In this document: positions 14,380 to 27,600 of the stretch, piece by piece | Numbering within the stretch: the stretch's first letter is position 1 | Layout: every line of letters begins with the position of its first letter | NCBI GenBank assembly: GCA_964035545.1 | Contig: OZ037765.1 | Span: 24,923,504 to 24,987,503 of the forward strand | Direction of reading: 5' to 3' | Source: Bugula neritina | Lineage: Eukaryota > Animalia > Bryozoa | DNA length: 64,000 nt | Program-made: the position numbers and the translations under genes | The notes under the pieces: model-generated | Database searches by the model: none | Told to the model about the DNA's origin: nothing | Seen by the model: the letters and a program-made list of their open reading frames with translations, nothing else

Positions 14380-17300
14380 GTAAGCAAATTATTTACAGTA
14401 GGATCTTGGTAGCTTTTCCTTGTCTGTGAAGACTATCTGGGACGGAATATGTAGATCACCAAGGGATTAGGTGTGAGACCCTGTGTGGCTACAGCTATAA
14501 GCTCAGTCCAAGCTGTTTGGTTGATAACTTAAAGACCTGCCTGCGTACTATAATTTATCACTTAGGGTCTTTTTTTATAATTAATGACTGGATTAACATC
14601 TGCTACGGCAAAACTTAAAACTTAACAGAGTAACGATAATATTTTTACTAAGTTATCACTCAATTGCAATGATATTTGCACATGAACAATGTAAAAAGTA
14701 TAAATAAAGTTCAGCAGTAAGGCAAAACAATACTGAAAAGGATCGCTACAAGTTTCAAACTTGAACGGTTATTGGGCCATGATAATTAGCACCAATAAAT
14801 TGCAATGGGAAATTAGAATCATGGTATCCAATCTATGCAATAGCGGAAATGATACTCTTGCTAGTACTTTTTAGGCTTTTTGAAGTTTTAACAAGCTCAA
14901 AAAAATTAAATATTAGTTGAATAAAGTTAGATTTCATTAGCGAAACTAATAACCACTTAGCTTACAATCAAACAAGTAATACACAACCTACTAATTTTGA
15001 CAGCACATAACTCAAGCTGCACACATAGCCAGCACCCTTAATCAACAGAATAAATTTCAGAGTCTCCGGTGCCTGACAGATGTCACTATCTACTACATAA
15101 CTAATGAACATTTGCATAAATTGAAAGCACGCCTCCAGTCGAGCCTTGGAGTGTTGAAGTGTATATTTTTTGGCAATTGTAAGCATTCTCCTAGCATTCA
15201 CATGTCGGCAAAAGCTCAAAACTGAGTAATGTATTTTCCCAGTGGCTATTTTACATAATGGATAAGTTCTTAGGCTAAACTTGAGTATGAACGACTAGTT
15301 CAGTTCTCAAACTCGAAATATAAAAAACTCATGCTAATTGGATAAAATAAATGTTGAATATTTTTGGTGCGACTTTAATTAGTTGTGTGATAGTTTGAAG
15401 AAAAATCATAAAATACAGTAAGTGTTATTGAATGGCATAGAAGTGCATGTATAAAATTACCAAACAAAAATGTATTTACTGCATTGTTCTAGTGTGCTCT
15501 ATCTTGCATAAGAGTGTACAAAAAAGTTTAAAAAATACTATATTTGATTACTAGATAACTGTTAAAAAACGACCCATCTTAATCTATGGGAACATAACTT
15601 CAAAAACCATTGTTACACATCATGCTCGAGAGGACAACTTCAAAGTATACTACTAAGCCAATTGTGTAAATGGGTAGTATTATATTTTCTATATGTTTCG
15701 TAATTGTATAATTATATCATACAGTAATAATAGCATACCAACTTAAATTCCTTTCGTGCAAATCACCATAAACCAACAAAATTATTTAAGACAATAACAG
15801 GCCTAGTCTCCTGGCAGCTACATTTCACAAGGAATTTTTTTTATATATTTGTCATACCTGTATTCAATACTCAGGTATATTTTATACCATATATCTATAT
15901 TATATATAATCTTACACATAATAGACAAATATAAATAAGATCTATGTATACTTTTGTAAAAGTAAGAATGTAAGGTTTACATGTTTTACGTCTCTTCAAA
16001 CATATATACAAGTATATTTTTTCATTATATGAAATTATACATGAAACTATAAAGAGAAAGTAGTTTCACTAAACAGTACTACAACAGTAGCCATTGGTAC
16101 TATTATGTCTATAACTAACTCAAAATTGCACTAAAGTTTGGGCTATGTTAGCCATTAGCCAACCATTCTAGGCATATTTAATTTTATATAAAAAAAACCC
16201 TTTACTCTATAAAATGCATGCCCACGTATGCCCATATATCCACATTTGCATTTCAAAAAGTGAATATAACATAGCCTCAACAATACAAAATGGCAATATT
16301 ATTTCACAGTTCTTATTACTGTAAAGCTCATGCAGTCAAAAATAAACATACTTTTAACAGGGCATTAAACACAAGTAATGATGCAAGAATTTTGCATTCT
16401 ACAATTATGCTATATTCAAGCAATTGTAATTTCTGGAGTTCAAAGTTGAAACCAGCATAACTTTAATATAATTGTTGTGCTTAACTGTTAATGCTACATA
16501 ATTAAACTTTCAGTTCTGTTAAATGTTAATTTTATAATTTTAAGCATTGTTCTACATTTTTAGTATAAAAAGACAACTCCCAACAACTACTCTTTATATT
16601 ATAAATTTAAAATAAGCATGTACATACACTGAGTCTTGTGAATAGAGCAGCTTGTGTTTGGTAAGAGAAGAAAGATACTGTACACTTTTCTGCACTTTTG
16701 TAGACTAATAAGCATAATCTATCAACAAACTATGTTAGGTCACCTACAAATATCACTGCAAATTTTAATGGGGGAGTTTACTGGCATATTTGGAATTGCA
16801 ATTCAAAGTAGTAGAAGTTTAAGCTAACAAAGAACATCAGTTTTGGCAAATTAAAAGCTGTAAATAAAATAAATTATTAAAACTAAACCTATACATCAAA
16901 TTCTGGTCTAATTATGCCTCTCAAATGTATCACATGACAAATGACAAAACAATCCATAAAGTGAATTTTTCATTTTCAAATAATGCAATAACTACTTTAC
17001 TGGTTATAAAAAATATAATTCTGAACTATATTCTTTGTGCACTAAAGCTAAGAAATTAGTTGCAAATATACTTATTAGAATGTAATAACTAATACTAGAT
17101 GTTTTATGCAAAGCAATTGGGTAATTTCAGTTCAGCTGACTTAAGAATTAGCAGCCATACTCAAAAGTCAAGCCACCAGAAAGTATGCTGACTGGGCAAT
17201 TACTCACTTGAATACTTATTGACTTGAGCACTTACTGACTTGGACAGTTGAATATGTTAAACTAATTTACAAAATTTAAATTTAAGAAAGCAAAAAATTA

Positions 17301-17869
17301 GAAGCAAACAGCTTATACCAAGTGCTCTAAACTTTACTTTATAGTGATGGAGTAGCAATGTAATAAAAAATATCTCAAGTAAATTAAGTAGGCAACTAAT
17401 TCAGTATTGCTAGGATGATTCAATGGCTATACTTATTGTTATTATAACTAGGTGGACATTTTGTAATAATTCAATCATTTTGCTGTCATCTAAGCCACAG
17501 CTTGCAATTTACTTAACTTACTGAACTTTACCATTACTAACCAAAATACAGTTGAATATTAATCACTACTTCTATTGTACCAACTATTATTATTAGTAAC
17601 AGCATCAGTAGAGTGTTTCAACTTTCATTTCAATTCGAACAAAAATGTGATCGAAATTATTTTAAAATTATTCAATTAGTTACAGCCAGTGCTGAAGCTA
17701 TAAAGCTAGCTAGAAACTACTATTAGTATTAGTGTTGCTATGACTATTATAATTTAAATTATGGGTATTACTATTACTATTAGCATTATTGATTATACGA
17801 CTACGGGCTACGACTTACTTTTACTTTTAGTCTTATGAGGTAGGTAGTGCACTAGACCCACTCCTTCTG

Positions 17870-18010
17870 TCCTAGTACTAGTAATACTACTACTGCTACT
17901 ACTACAGTAGTAGTACTAGTACTACTACTAGTAGTAGTACGACTACTATTACTAGTAGTAGTAGTACTACTACTGCTACTACTACTAGTAGTAGTACTAC
18001 TACTAGTGAT
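17870..18010. repeat. (TAC)n/(GTA)n alternating-orientation microsatellite
   Basis: Tracts of tactac and tagtag switch strand repeatedly around agtact/actagt centres. Confidence 0.9.
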
Positions 18011-18064
18011 ACTCATAATCATATTCATATAGTGATATTGAGTGATACTCATACTGATACTCAC

Positions 18065-18600
18065 ACTGGCACAGTTGGAGCTTGACAACTCATAAACTAT
18101 GGCTGGTTTTACTGTTAGAAATGTAATAATAAATTCAGATTTTGCAATATGTGTCAGTAGACTCAGCTTCTTGCATTCGATGGTGACATTGCGATTGGAT
18201 TTATCCTTTTTAATTATATGGTTGGGTGTTCAAGTTACGATAAGGATTATAAACATTGCCAGTCACTACACGTGATGGATGTTACCCGATTGGGTAGATT
18301 ACATTAGCCAAGTTAGCAAATATTCTTAATAGTAATCATAGTGCGAGCCATTGAACTGGAAAAGACAGATATTTGAGGTTATTGGTGCGAGCTTTTGGCC
18401 GCAGGCTATCAAATAGTGTCTTACAAAAGTAGCGGTGTTCATGCGCAACAGTCTCATTTCCGTATCCTAAAAAGTTTTGCCTATGTTTTAATTTTAAACG
18501 AACAACAACTCTAAGTTCAACGATATTTGTTTTCATTTTACTGGTTAACTTGGGCTAGTTTATATTATAGTTGATGCAAAACTGTAGCGTCGCTGTTTAG
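18065..18600. promoter_or_regulatory. Probable bidirectional promoter and non-coding first exons for ANKZF1 (-) and SEPT7 (+)
   Basis: Locally CpG-richer segment between AT-rich simple repeats; E-box CACGTG at 18269-18274; several ATTGG (CCAAT) boxes; minus-strand donor GTGAGT at 18064-18059; the ANKZF1 first coding exon begins at an acceptor (13110/13111) and so needs an upstream exon. Confidence 0.5.
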
Positions 18601-20635
18601 TACTAGTTACTACTGCAACTTTCCTCGCTTAGCCTCATTTTTAAATCGTGCATTATGTTCATTTCATTCTAATTTTCATTCTGATTCTGATTTCATTTGA
18701 ATTTCTATCACCTTCGGCTTCACCTTGGCTGTATTTAAACTCTAATATAATAATTTATATTAATATTACATTTACTTTTAGTTTTACTTTTAATCTATGG
18801 CTAGTATTGATATTGTAATTGTGTTCATCTCATTCTGATTCTATCACCTTGGACTTCGTTGTGTCTATGATATTGATAATGATTACATTTAAAGTTAATC
18901 TAAATATTAACATAATTCTATTATAATTATTTATTAAATTTAATGATTTCAATCTAGTACATCTAGTTTTATGGCTAGTATAGCTATAATTTGCTATAAG
19001 TAACTGCAAGTAGTGCTACTGTTTCTAATTCTATAATATTGGTATAATTATAATAATAATTTACTTTTAGTTTTACTTTTAGACCTTAGTGTTTGCTTGT
19101 ACTTATAGTATTAGTTTTACTATTAGTATCATGATATCTGTTACTGTTTTTATAACATTAACTCTATAAGAATGGACTATTAATATGTTATTAATAGTAA
19201 TATTACTATTAGTATAAGTATAACACTAATACTATGTAAATATTAATATTACAAGTATATCAATATTATTATTTGCTTTTGGTATTACAGTTAGTATTAG
19301 TATAACTATCTATATCAGTAATTTATTGGTATCAGCGTTTGTATTTAAGGTTTAATTTGCTGTTTCAATTTTAGAAGTTAACTTTTATTAAGTAGAGCAT
19401 TAGTTTAAGGTTAGAGTTTTAGTTAATCACTTTACAGCGTATACTTATCATTTTTAATTTTAGTTTAGCTTTAATGATAGTTAATAAACATCTAATTCTA
19501 ATTAGTAATGACATGTGCTAGCTCAGTGTTGTTTGTTTAGTTTGCTACTTTCTCTTTATCAAACTTAAAGTGCATTTAATAGTAAATATTGGTGTATTGC
19601 TAAAGCTGTCATCATTCACAAATTTAATTTTATAAGTAGGTATAACCCTAGTTATATTTATTAAGGTTTAGTATAGATCTAATAATAATGTCAAAGTACA
19701 ATAACTCAAACTGTTAGTGGACACTGAAATGACTACAGGGTGAATGTGTAGGTTATAGACCTGGCGTTCATACTTATTGTGATCAATTCACAGAAAAATG
19801 TAGTTAAAGTTTTAGTATAGCTTAAGCCTTAATGTTTAGATAATTAACATTAAAATTTTATAATCTACTTATATTAATCCTGGATCTACCAGTACTTACT
19901 ACTTATTCTTAGGTCCGTTACTTGTGCTCAATTTTTGGCTTGAAATTATAATTAGTGTTTAAGTATTAGTGTTGGTAAACAATAGATGCTAAGCTGCATG
20001 AGATACAGCTAAATTAGTAGGTTGAAATGAAAATATGGGTAACTTACTAAGCTAAACATACAATATTGACCTTGAACTATTAGATAATGAAATTTTGGTT
20101 TATATACTAAAATTAGCTAAATTTGATTATTTTTTTTATAAACCTATTTTAGTTTTTGCAACTTAATTATAAGACTAAAAGTACTTGCAATAGGCTACCA
20201 CTTGACTTTATCATATAGTTATTGAAAAATGTATTTTAAATTATCACCCCTATTAAAACCAACTAAGCAATAAGTCAATATTAAAATAATAATAACACTA
20301 ATCGGCTTTCGTTATTTATTCACTTATTTGTATTATATGTAAAACTCAATAGTTTACTAAATCAAGGCTGGCAGTTCTCTTTAGTCATTGCTTTCAGATA
20401 CTTCCTTTGGGCTATCATATTACAAATTTTATTTGATTTATGCTATACTCTGATCATAGGTCATGATTTAGTGGTTCCTCTGTCGTCACCTTTTGCACAA
20501 TAATAATTAGGAAGTTGCTATAAAATGGCTAAATTTTTTTGCAATAGATTCTGCTAATGTTTATCAGTCATAATCATAGAGTATACATATGCGGTAGACT
20601 AGAACTGGCGTTGATCATTCTGCATTGATAGAGAA

Positions 20636-20657
20636 ATGTCTCAACAGCAAAACATGG
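20636..20657 (+). CDS. SEPTIN7: Candidate short alternative first coding exon of Septin-7 (MSQQQNM-)
   Basis: ATG...ATG G|GTATGA phase-1 donor, compatible with the phase-1 acceptor at 21778/21779. Confidence 0.4.
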
Positions 20658-21464
20658 GTATGACTTATTTGGTTTATATAATTTATTCATAAGTACTATC
20701 AATGTTTTTTAAAAGGAATAACATTCGGGCATAAATGAACAGACTTCATCCCCAATTATAAATATATTGTTTATTTCTATTGTGTTTGTATGATGAAAAT
20801 TTCTATAGTTATTATGTAACTGTAAAATGTTTTTTCCTAATTAAGCTAGCTAGTATATAATTTAAATTATGTCATTTGAAATTGGTCTCAAATCATATCT
20901 TCAATTTTTTTGAAAATATGCAGCGTTGCGCTCAAATGCCTTTCCACTCGGCTAATCTTTCTACTTGTAATGTGTGTATGGGTTTTGGACAAGTTGCTTT
21001 TTTCTCTGCCCAATGCGTAGTTCAGTAATGTTGAGGTCTACTTCTATGTTGAAAGGAGTTTTCTTGTATTTTGTTCAACAATTTTAAGCCATGAGCAACA
21101 ATTCTTTCTACAATAAAACTTTGAGCTACACTAAAAATTAGTTACAATCATGTGGTTGATCTGCTAATTAAATTGCTCACACCCCAACATTGGCATGTCA
21201 CTTTATCATATAAAATGTACTTGTATGTAACATTATGCTCATGTTGTAATAGTTATGTCAAAATATGAATTTGGACATAAAGCAAAATATGGACTGCAGA
21301 AGTATTTTTGGTTTGTTATTCGTTGCTCTGCTTATCAACTTGTAATTTTAATTTTGTTTGTTTTTTTCTGTTGTAGTGAGTATTTCCTGGAATTGAGTAA
21401 TTCAACAACTTCAATGATTTATTATTTGAAGTTGTTATCCCTTACTGTAAGTATTATAATACAT

Positions 21465-21510
21465 TGTGGGCGGGGCTTATTAACATTACGTGCGCGAGCG
21501 TGCAAGCAGT
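21465..21510 (+). promoter_or_regulatory. Candidate internal promoter of Septin-7 (GC box)
   Basis: GGGCGGGG at 21468-21475 plus a CpG cluster (ACGTGCGCGAGCGTGC) about 170-190 bp upstream of the 21661 ATG. Confidence 0.4.
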
Positions 21511-21660
21511 GTTGTCTCATTAATTCATACTTGGCTATTTTGCAATAATTGATTAAGGACAGATGGTCCTGCGGAAAGGCAAACAGCCTTAGCTATACTA
21601 ACCATTATTAATAGTGAAACATTTGGTCTCGCGTAATACTAGAGGTATTGAGCCAGAATC

Positions 21661-24600
21661 ATGGCTAGTAGAAGATTAAATGAAAGACTAGCAAAGTACA
21701 ACTACTTGTACGAGGATACGGATCAGCCTAACAATTCTCCTGATGATGTACCAGACACTAAAATTAGTTCTCCGTTAGATAATGCGGCGCAGGCAGAGAA
21801 ATTAACTAATGGAAATGGTAGTGCCACTTCAAATGGCAATGGTACTTCACTGGATGCATCTACAGACAGGGTAAACTCTAAAAAGTTTTCTATGAGTGTA
21901 AGTGTGTCTAGCACTGCCAGTTCTCCAACCTCTCCTCCGTACTCCAGTACTGGGGCTCCTAGAGGCCCACTGCTTAACTCCGTAACTGCTGTGTCCCGAG
22001 TTGGTAATACTAATCCCACTTCATCAAATCTTGCATCAAAAGGTTCCGTATTGACAAGAAATGTAAGTGTGCAGACTTATTACTCAGCTTTTGGTATTGT
22101 ACTCGGTGGATGTTGATGCTAACAGTCATTCGATTTTAGACGGAACAGGTTGGCGCACCACAAACTTCTTCAGTAAAACGGCAGAGTAGTTACTCTAAAA
22201 CCAGAGAACTAATGGTTTGATAAATTACTTGGCTTGTCACGAAATAAGCTGCATGTTCGCGAGAAACTTAACAGCCTTTCTGGTGCTCGGAATGTCTGAG
22301 TTGTCCTGCTGCATGATTGAATAGATATAGACCAACTTTGCTACCCGGAGTATTAAGTAACTGATCAACCATTGTTTGATTAAGATTAGTTGTGGCTATA
22401 CAACATTGTGATTAGTTTGCTCATTCGAGTGTTTCAACTCACAACAAACTGCATATGATAATCTGTAGCTGATGTGTAGTTGCTTGTGTAAGTGTGCCTT
22501 TAACTGCTCTGTTTTTTGCTATGCAAATGCCTTGTGGAGGGCTTGCAGTGCATGATATTGAAATAATTAATAGTAGTGGCCTAATTAATGTAAAGTGTGC
22601 TTTTGTTTGGCTTTGAACTTGTGTATGGTATAATTATGGAGAACAGCTAATATGACTCCTGTTTCTGATAGTGTTTAAATGTCTTAATTATATACCTTAC
22701 AATAGTTGGCTTGTCTTTACAAACATTATATTATTGTACACAGCTTTCTAACAAATTAGCAACTCAATCATAATGCAATTGCCTGCTGTAATGCATAATT
22801 GCTGGCATACAATGGCTGTGATTGATTGTCATTTAAAATGCATTCTGTTGTTTAGTTGTAAGATATTTCTTTATGAAATTATGCATACGTTGTTTTCAAT
22901 ACCTACGGTGTAGTTGTTTGCCAAAACTAGAGTTCTTTTTGCTGGTATTTTTTTAGAGCAAATTCCACATTTCATTGGGTAACAAATCAAATTATTTTCG
23001 TTTTAATGAAACTCTAACAAGGTTTTTATGGTGTTGAAGTTGATCTAGATTGCTAAGTATATTCCCTTTCCTCTTCACAATCTGCGACATATATACATTG
23101 GGTGATGTAGGCTTATATTCTAATAGCAGCTGATTCCATGTTTTTAATTGAGGTGCCTATGTTAAAGTCTGAACTGTTAACTCATAGTAGAGAAATGTGA
23201 TGTTGTAGATAAGTAAAAGAGAAGCATTTTTCAAGAGTGAGGCTCCTTCTACAAAGTTTGACCCATCATTACGAGAAAGAGATGGTAAGGCTGAGAAGCA
23301 AGACAAGCCTCTCACATCCAAAGAGAATGGTCATGGGCGGTTCCCAGGGGGCAGAATGCCTGGCAGTCGACTTGATCCTAACAAATCATTGGAAGGTTAC
23401 GTGGGGTTTGCTAACCTGCCCAACCAAGTTTATCGAAAGTCTGTGAAAAAAGGCTTTGAATTTACATTGATGGTAGTAGGTTAGTGTAATCTTTTATGTA
23501 ATAAACATTGCCATGTCATAGTTTATACTTCTACTGCATGCCAAATGCACAAATGTCTATAACTTATCTTATCATAATAGTGTACTATGATCTTCTTCCA
23601 CTGTAAGAATTTTTGTATGTATACACAATTTGCTTTGATAAATGTAAGAAAAATGACAGCTGACAAAAAGGGAAAACATTTTTAGCAGTGCAGTTGCAGT
23701 AATGGTTGTAGAGACAGCCACAGTACAGGTCAAGCTATACAAGCACTAGTTGGCTATTGTGTAGTATGGTAGAGCCACTCCCTGATAATTAATAAGTGAT
23801 AATAGCTATCAAGATGAAATTGAGGCTACAGTAGACTGGCTATCATGTGCTGGGAGTCCTAAATATCATGTCAATTAATGTTGGAAGCTAGATTTTCCTC
23901 AGCTATAGAAACCATGGTTATATAGAGATATTATTAGGCCTGAAGTATTCTCAGTAAAAGCAAACACTTATACTTGGTTGTTAATTATAAACACAGCATA
24001 TATCACTCATTGTTCTGGATGAAAATTGTTTATAATTGTTGAGCCATTTAATAAACTTTCCGGCCTTCTTTATCATATATTCTGTCAGTAAACCTTTAGA
24101 GTTGTGAGCAATAATTTATAGCAGAGACGGCTGGAGTACCTGCCCCTTTTGGTCAAGTTTTACTTACAATTTTTGTAAATGACTTCCAAAATATGAGTTT
24201 ATTCTTTGATCATCCAAGGTAAACACTCGTTACTGCAATGGCCCATGCTGTGTGTTCAGATGCAAGAAGCTGAGTAGTGAGCAGAGTAATGTCTATGTAA
24301 AAATCATTTCACACGAATAATGACATTATCATGTGTAACCAAGTAAGCTGAGCTGCCATAGAACTCCCATTAGCACTGCAACAATAAACACAAATGCATA
24401 TCTACCATTAGTCACTGGAGCAGCTAATAGCACTTTACTACTTATTGATCTTTCAATGCCTTTTTGTCAATGAAGGCCTGCCTTGCATCTGCCTACATCT
24501 GTAATAAAATAGACTGACAAAGAGAGTAACTCATTAAACCAATATCTACATCAGTCTAGCTATCCAAGCAGGATTTCCCCAGACAGTGACAACAAAAAAG

Positions 24601-27600
24601 CACATCTCTGTTGCTTTGTTTGAACATCATGGCTTATAGGACATTGTGATGGCTTTTCAATTTTGCAGAATAAATCGTCTTATTGGCAAGAAACCTGTTT
24701 CCTGCAGCTACTATAACTTATTCATACTTTTCTATCTTGTATATCAACAATGAAATCTTCATATCTAACTTTTCCTTCAGCATTAACTATTATTTTATGC
24801 ATCACTGATTTATAGGAGAATCAGGACTAGGGAAGTCGACACTTATAAATTCTTTATTTCTCAGTGATTTGTACAGCGCAGAACATCCTGGGCCTTCCAA
24901 GCGTCATAATAAAACTCTACAGGTAAAAAAATTTTCTCCATGTTATATGTCACCATACCATGGCTAGTCTAGTGTTTTTCAATTTCCTTTAGGGTAGCCT
25001 TTTAACTAAATCATTGGTTTTTTGAATTTGCAGATTAACCCTACTCAAGTGTTACTTAGAGAAGGAGGTGTTCAGCTTAAACTGAACGTAGTTGACACTC
25101 CAGGCTTTGGTGATGCTGTTGACAACAGCAATTGGTGAGTTCAAGTTATTTGTAAATCTTGCAGGTGCTTCTTGCTAATGTATATAGATTTGTTGTAACT
25201 GTAAGTCTGCATGCATCTCCAAAGAATAAGTTTTATAAGTTGCCAAATCAAATATGACATTAAAAATTATTACTTTCACATATTAACGTTGACATGGAAA
25301 AAATAGTTGAAGTTTATGTAACAGTCTTGTTTGTCCATCATTTAGGTTTTGGCTAAGAATTCATATATTAGGTTACAATATAATATTCCTTTTAATATCC
25401 ACTTGTGCTTGAAGACAGTGATAATGATGCTACCTTATTATGCTCAATTAATGCAAGTAGTGTTATACAATACTCTAGATAATTGAACTGCTCTACTTAA
25501 GGTAATACTCAATATAACAGATATAAACATGTAGCACTACTATACTTTGTAGCTGGGAACCTGTGACAAATTTCATCGACAGTAAGTTTGAGGAGTATTT
25601 GAATGCCGAGTCGAAAGTCAACAGAAAATCTTCTCCAGACAACAGAGTTCAGTGTTGTCTGTACTTTATTGCTCCAACTGGTCATGGGTAAGATATGTCA
25701 CATATATGTGTTGTGTTTCTTTATTAGTTTAATTATCATTTAATAAGTTAGCACTTTATTGACACATAGTCTAAACTATTCAAGGAGTTGCATGGTACCT
25801 GCAATTCTATGCAGATGGTAAAAGTTGGGATGGCTGTGTAAAAGTTTGACCTCTTTGATATTTGTTGACTTAGTGTCTGTTATTAAACTCAACTTGTTTA
25901 TCATTCTTTCATTTAGCGTTCCCTGTTTCATTTCAGTTTTCATTTTTTGTAGGCATGAACATGCTGACAACCCACTCATTTATTTAGATTTACTTTATTG
26001 AATTTCTTTCAAGCAGTGATTGATGAATGCTTTTATAGGTTGAAGCCTTTAGACATTGAGTTTATGAAGAGACTGCATGACAAAGTCAATATCATTCCAC
26101 TAATCGCAAAAGCTGATACACTTACACCAGAGGAATGCCGAGATTTTAAGAAGACTGTGAGTTTGTTTCAGTGACACCTGATTCCTCTGTATAAGATAAC
26201 AAATGTTATGACATACTCTGTACTGTGTACATGTTATTTGATCATTTGTTATTTTCATCTCAGCTATGCAGGGCATCTTTACTAACAACTTTCAATGCCA
26301 TAATTTGTAGCTTCATTTTTTATGTTTATGCATTAGACTACAGCACTGTATAGCATAACAAACTAAGTTCTCAAATGTAAACCGTGTGTAAACCAAATTC
26401 TATTTTTAAAAAATTTGTTTTTAGATATTGAACGAAATTGAGAAAAATCAAATTCGAATCTATGAGTTTCCAGATGTTGAAGATGAGGAAGAAAATGGCA
26501 TGCTAAAGAAGTTGAAGGTATGCCTAATTGGTTTTTATTCAAAACAACGTTTAACTTTTGAGTAATATAAGCTTATTTGCCCATTTGCAAAAATGTTGTA
26601 AAATATATTGCACATTTTAGGAGAGAGTTCCATTTGCTGTGGTTGGCAGCAACAGAATAATGGAAGTGAATGGTAAGAAAGTGCGAGGTAGACAGTACCC
26701 ATGGGGTGTGGTGGAAGTTGATAATTTGCAGCACAATGACTTCTTAGCGCTTCGTGATATGCTTATCAGGTATGCTTATTGCTCTAATATTCAGTCTAAG
26801 CAAAACGAGGAGCGGATTTTTGTGCTCATAATATGATCAGTTGATTAAACTTTCTGAATAAAGGTGTAACACATTTCATTAGTATTGAAGACATGCTTAA
26901 TTTCAGTAAACTGCTAAACGTTACTCATTGCAAGAGTATGTTATAGTTAATGAAAGGTTTGCCGCTAACTGTATTTGGAATAAGTTGATAGCTTTCAAAG
27001 CATGACTGAATTGTCTCATTCCCTTGCAGTGTAATAGTTTCTAGCAATTGTTTCATATGTTACAGAACCCATATGCAGGATCTGAGAGACGTGACTAACA
27101 ACGTTCATTACGAGAATTATAGGTACAAGAAGCTAGCAAATGTGTCCGCTACTGATGGAAAAGTTAAGGACGGCTCAAGGTAGGCGCGGCTGTACTTTTT
27201 GCAATGTTTTCCCATTTTATTGCATCGTATCAAATTGTTGTGCTTGCTGTGTTGTGAAAGTCAGATATTGTGTCATGTGTACTTCACCCACACAGACAGA
27301 TAGCTATTAAAGAAATGTTCAGTTGTAATAGTATACCTGAGAAATTGTTGTGACCTGTATTAGTACAAATTAAGATAGAATCGAATTGTTTAAAATTTTA
27401 TTGGTGAACATCAAAATGATGTACTGTTAGACTGTTTAGTCAAGTTACATTTAGTCAAGTTATATTAGACAATATATAATATTGTTTTGTATAATGATTA
27501 ATTAAATTTAAGGAAACCCCAAGATACCAACACTGCGGATTCGTAAGTTGAACTAGTTTTAAATTCTTGTGGATGATTTGAGGTGATAGAAATGTTTATG

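Noticed and set aside
17852-18088. Ser/Thr-rich ORF
   Set aside because: Translation of the TAC/TAG microsatellite.
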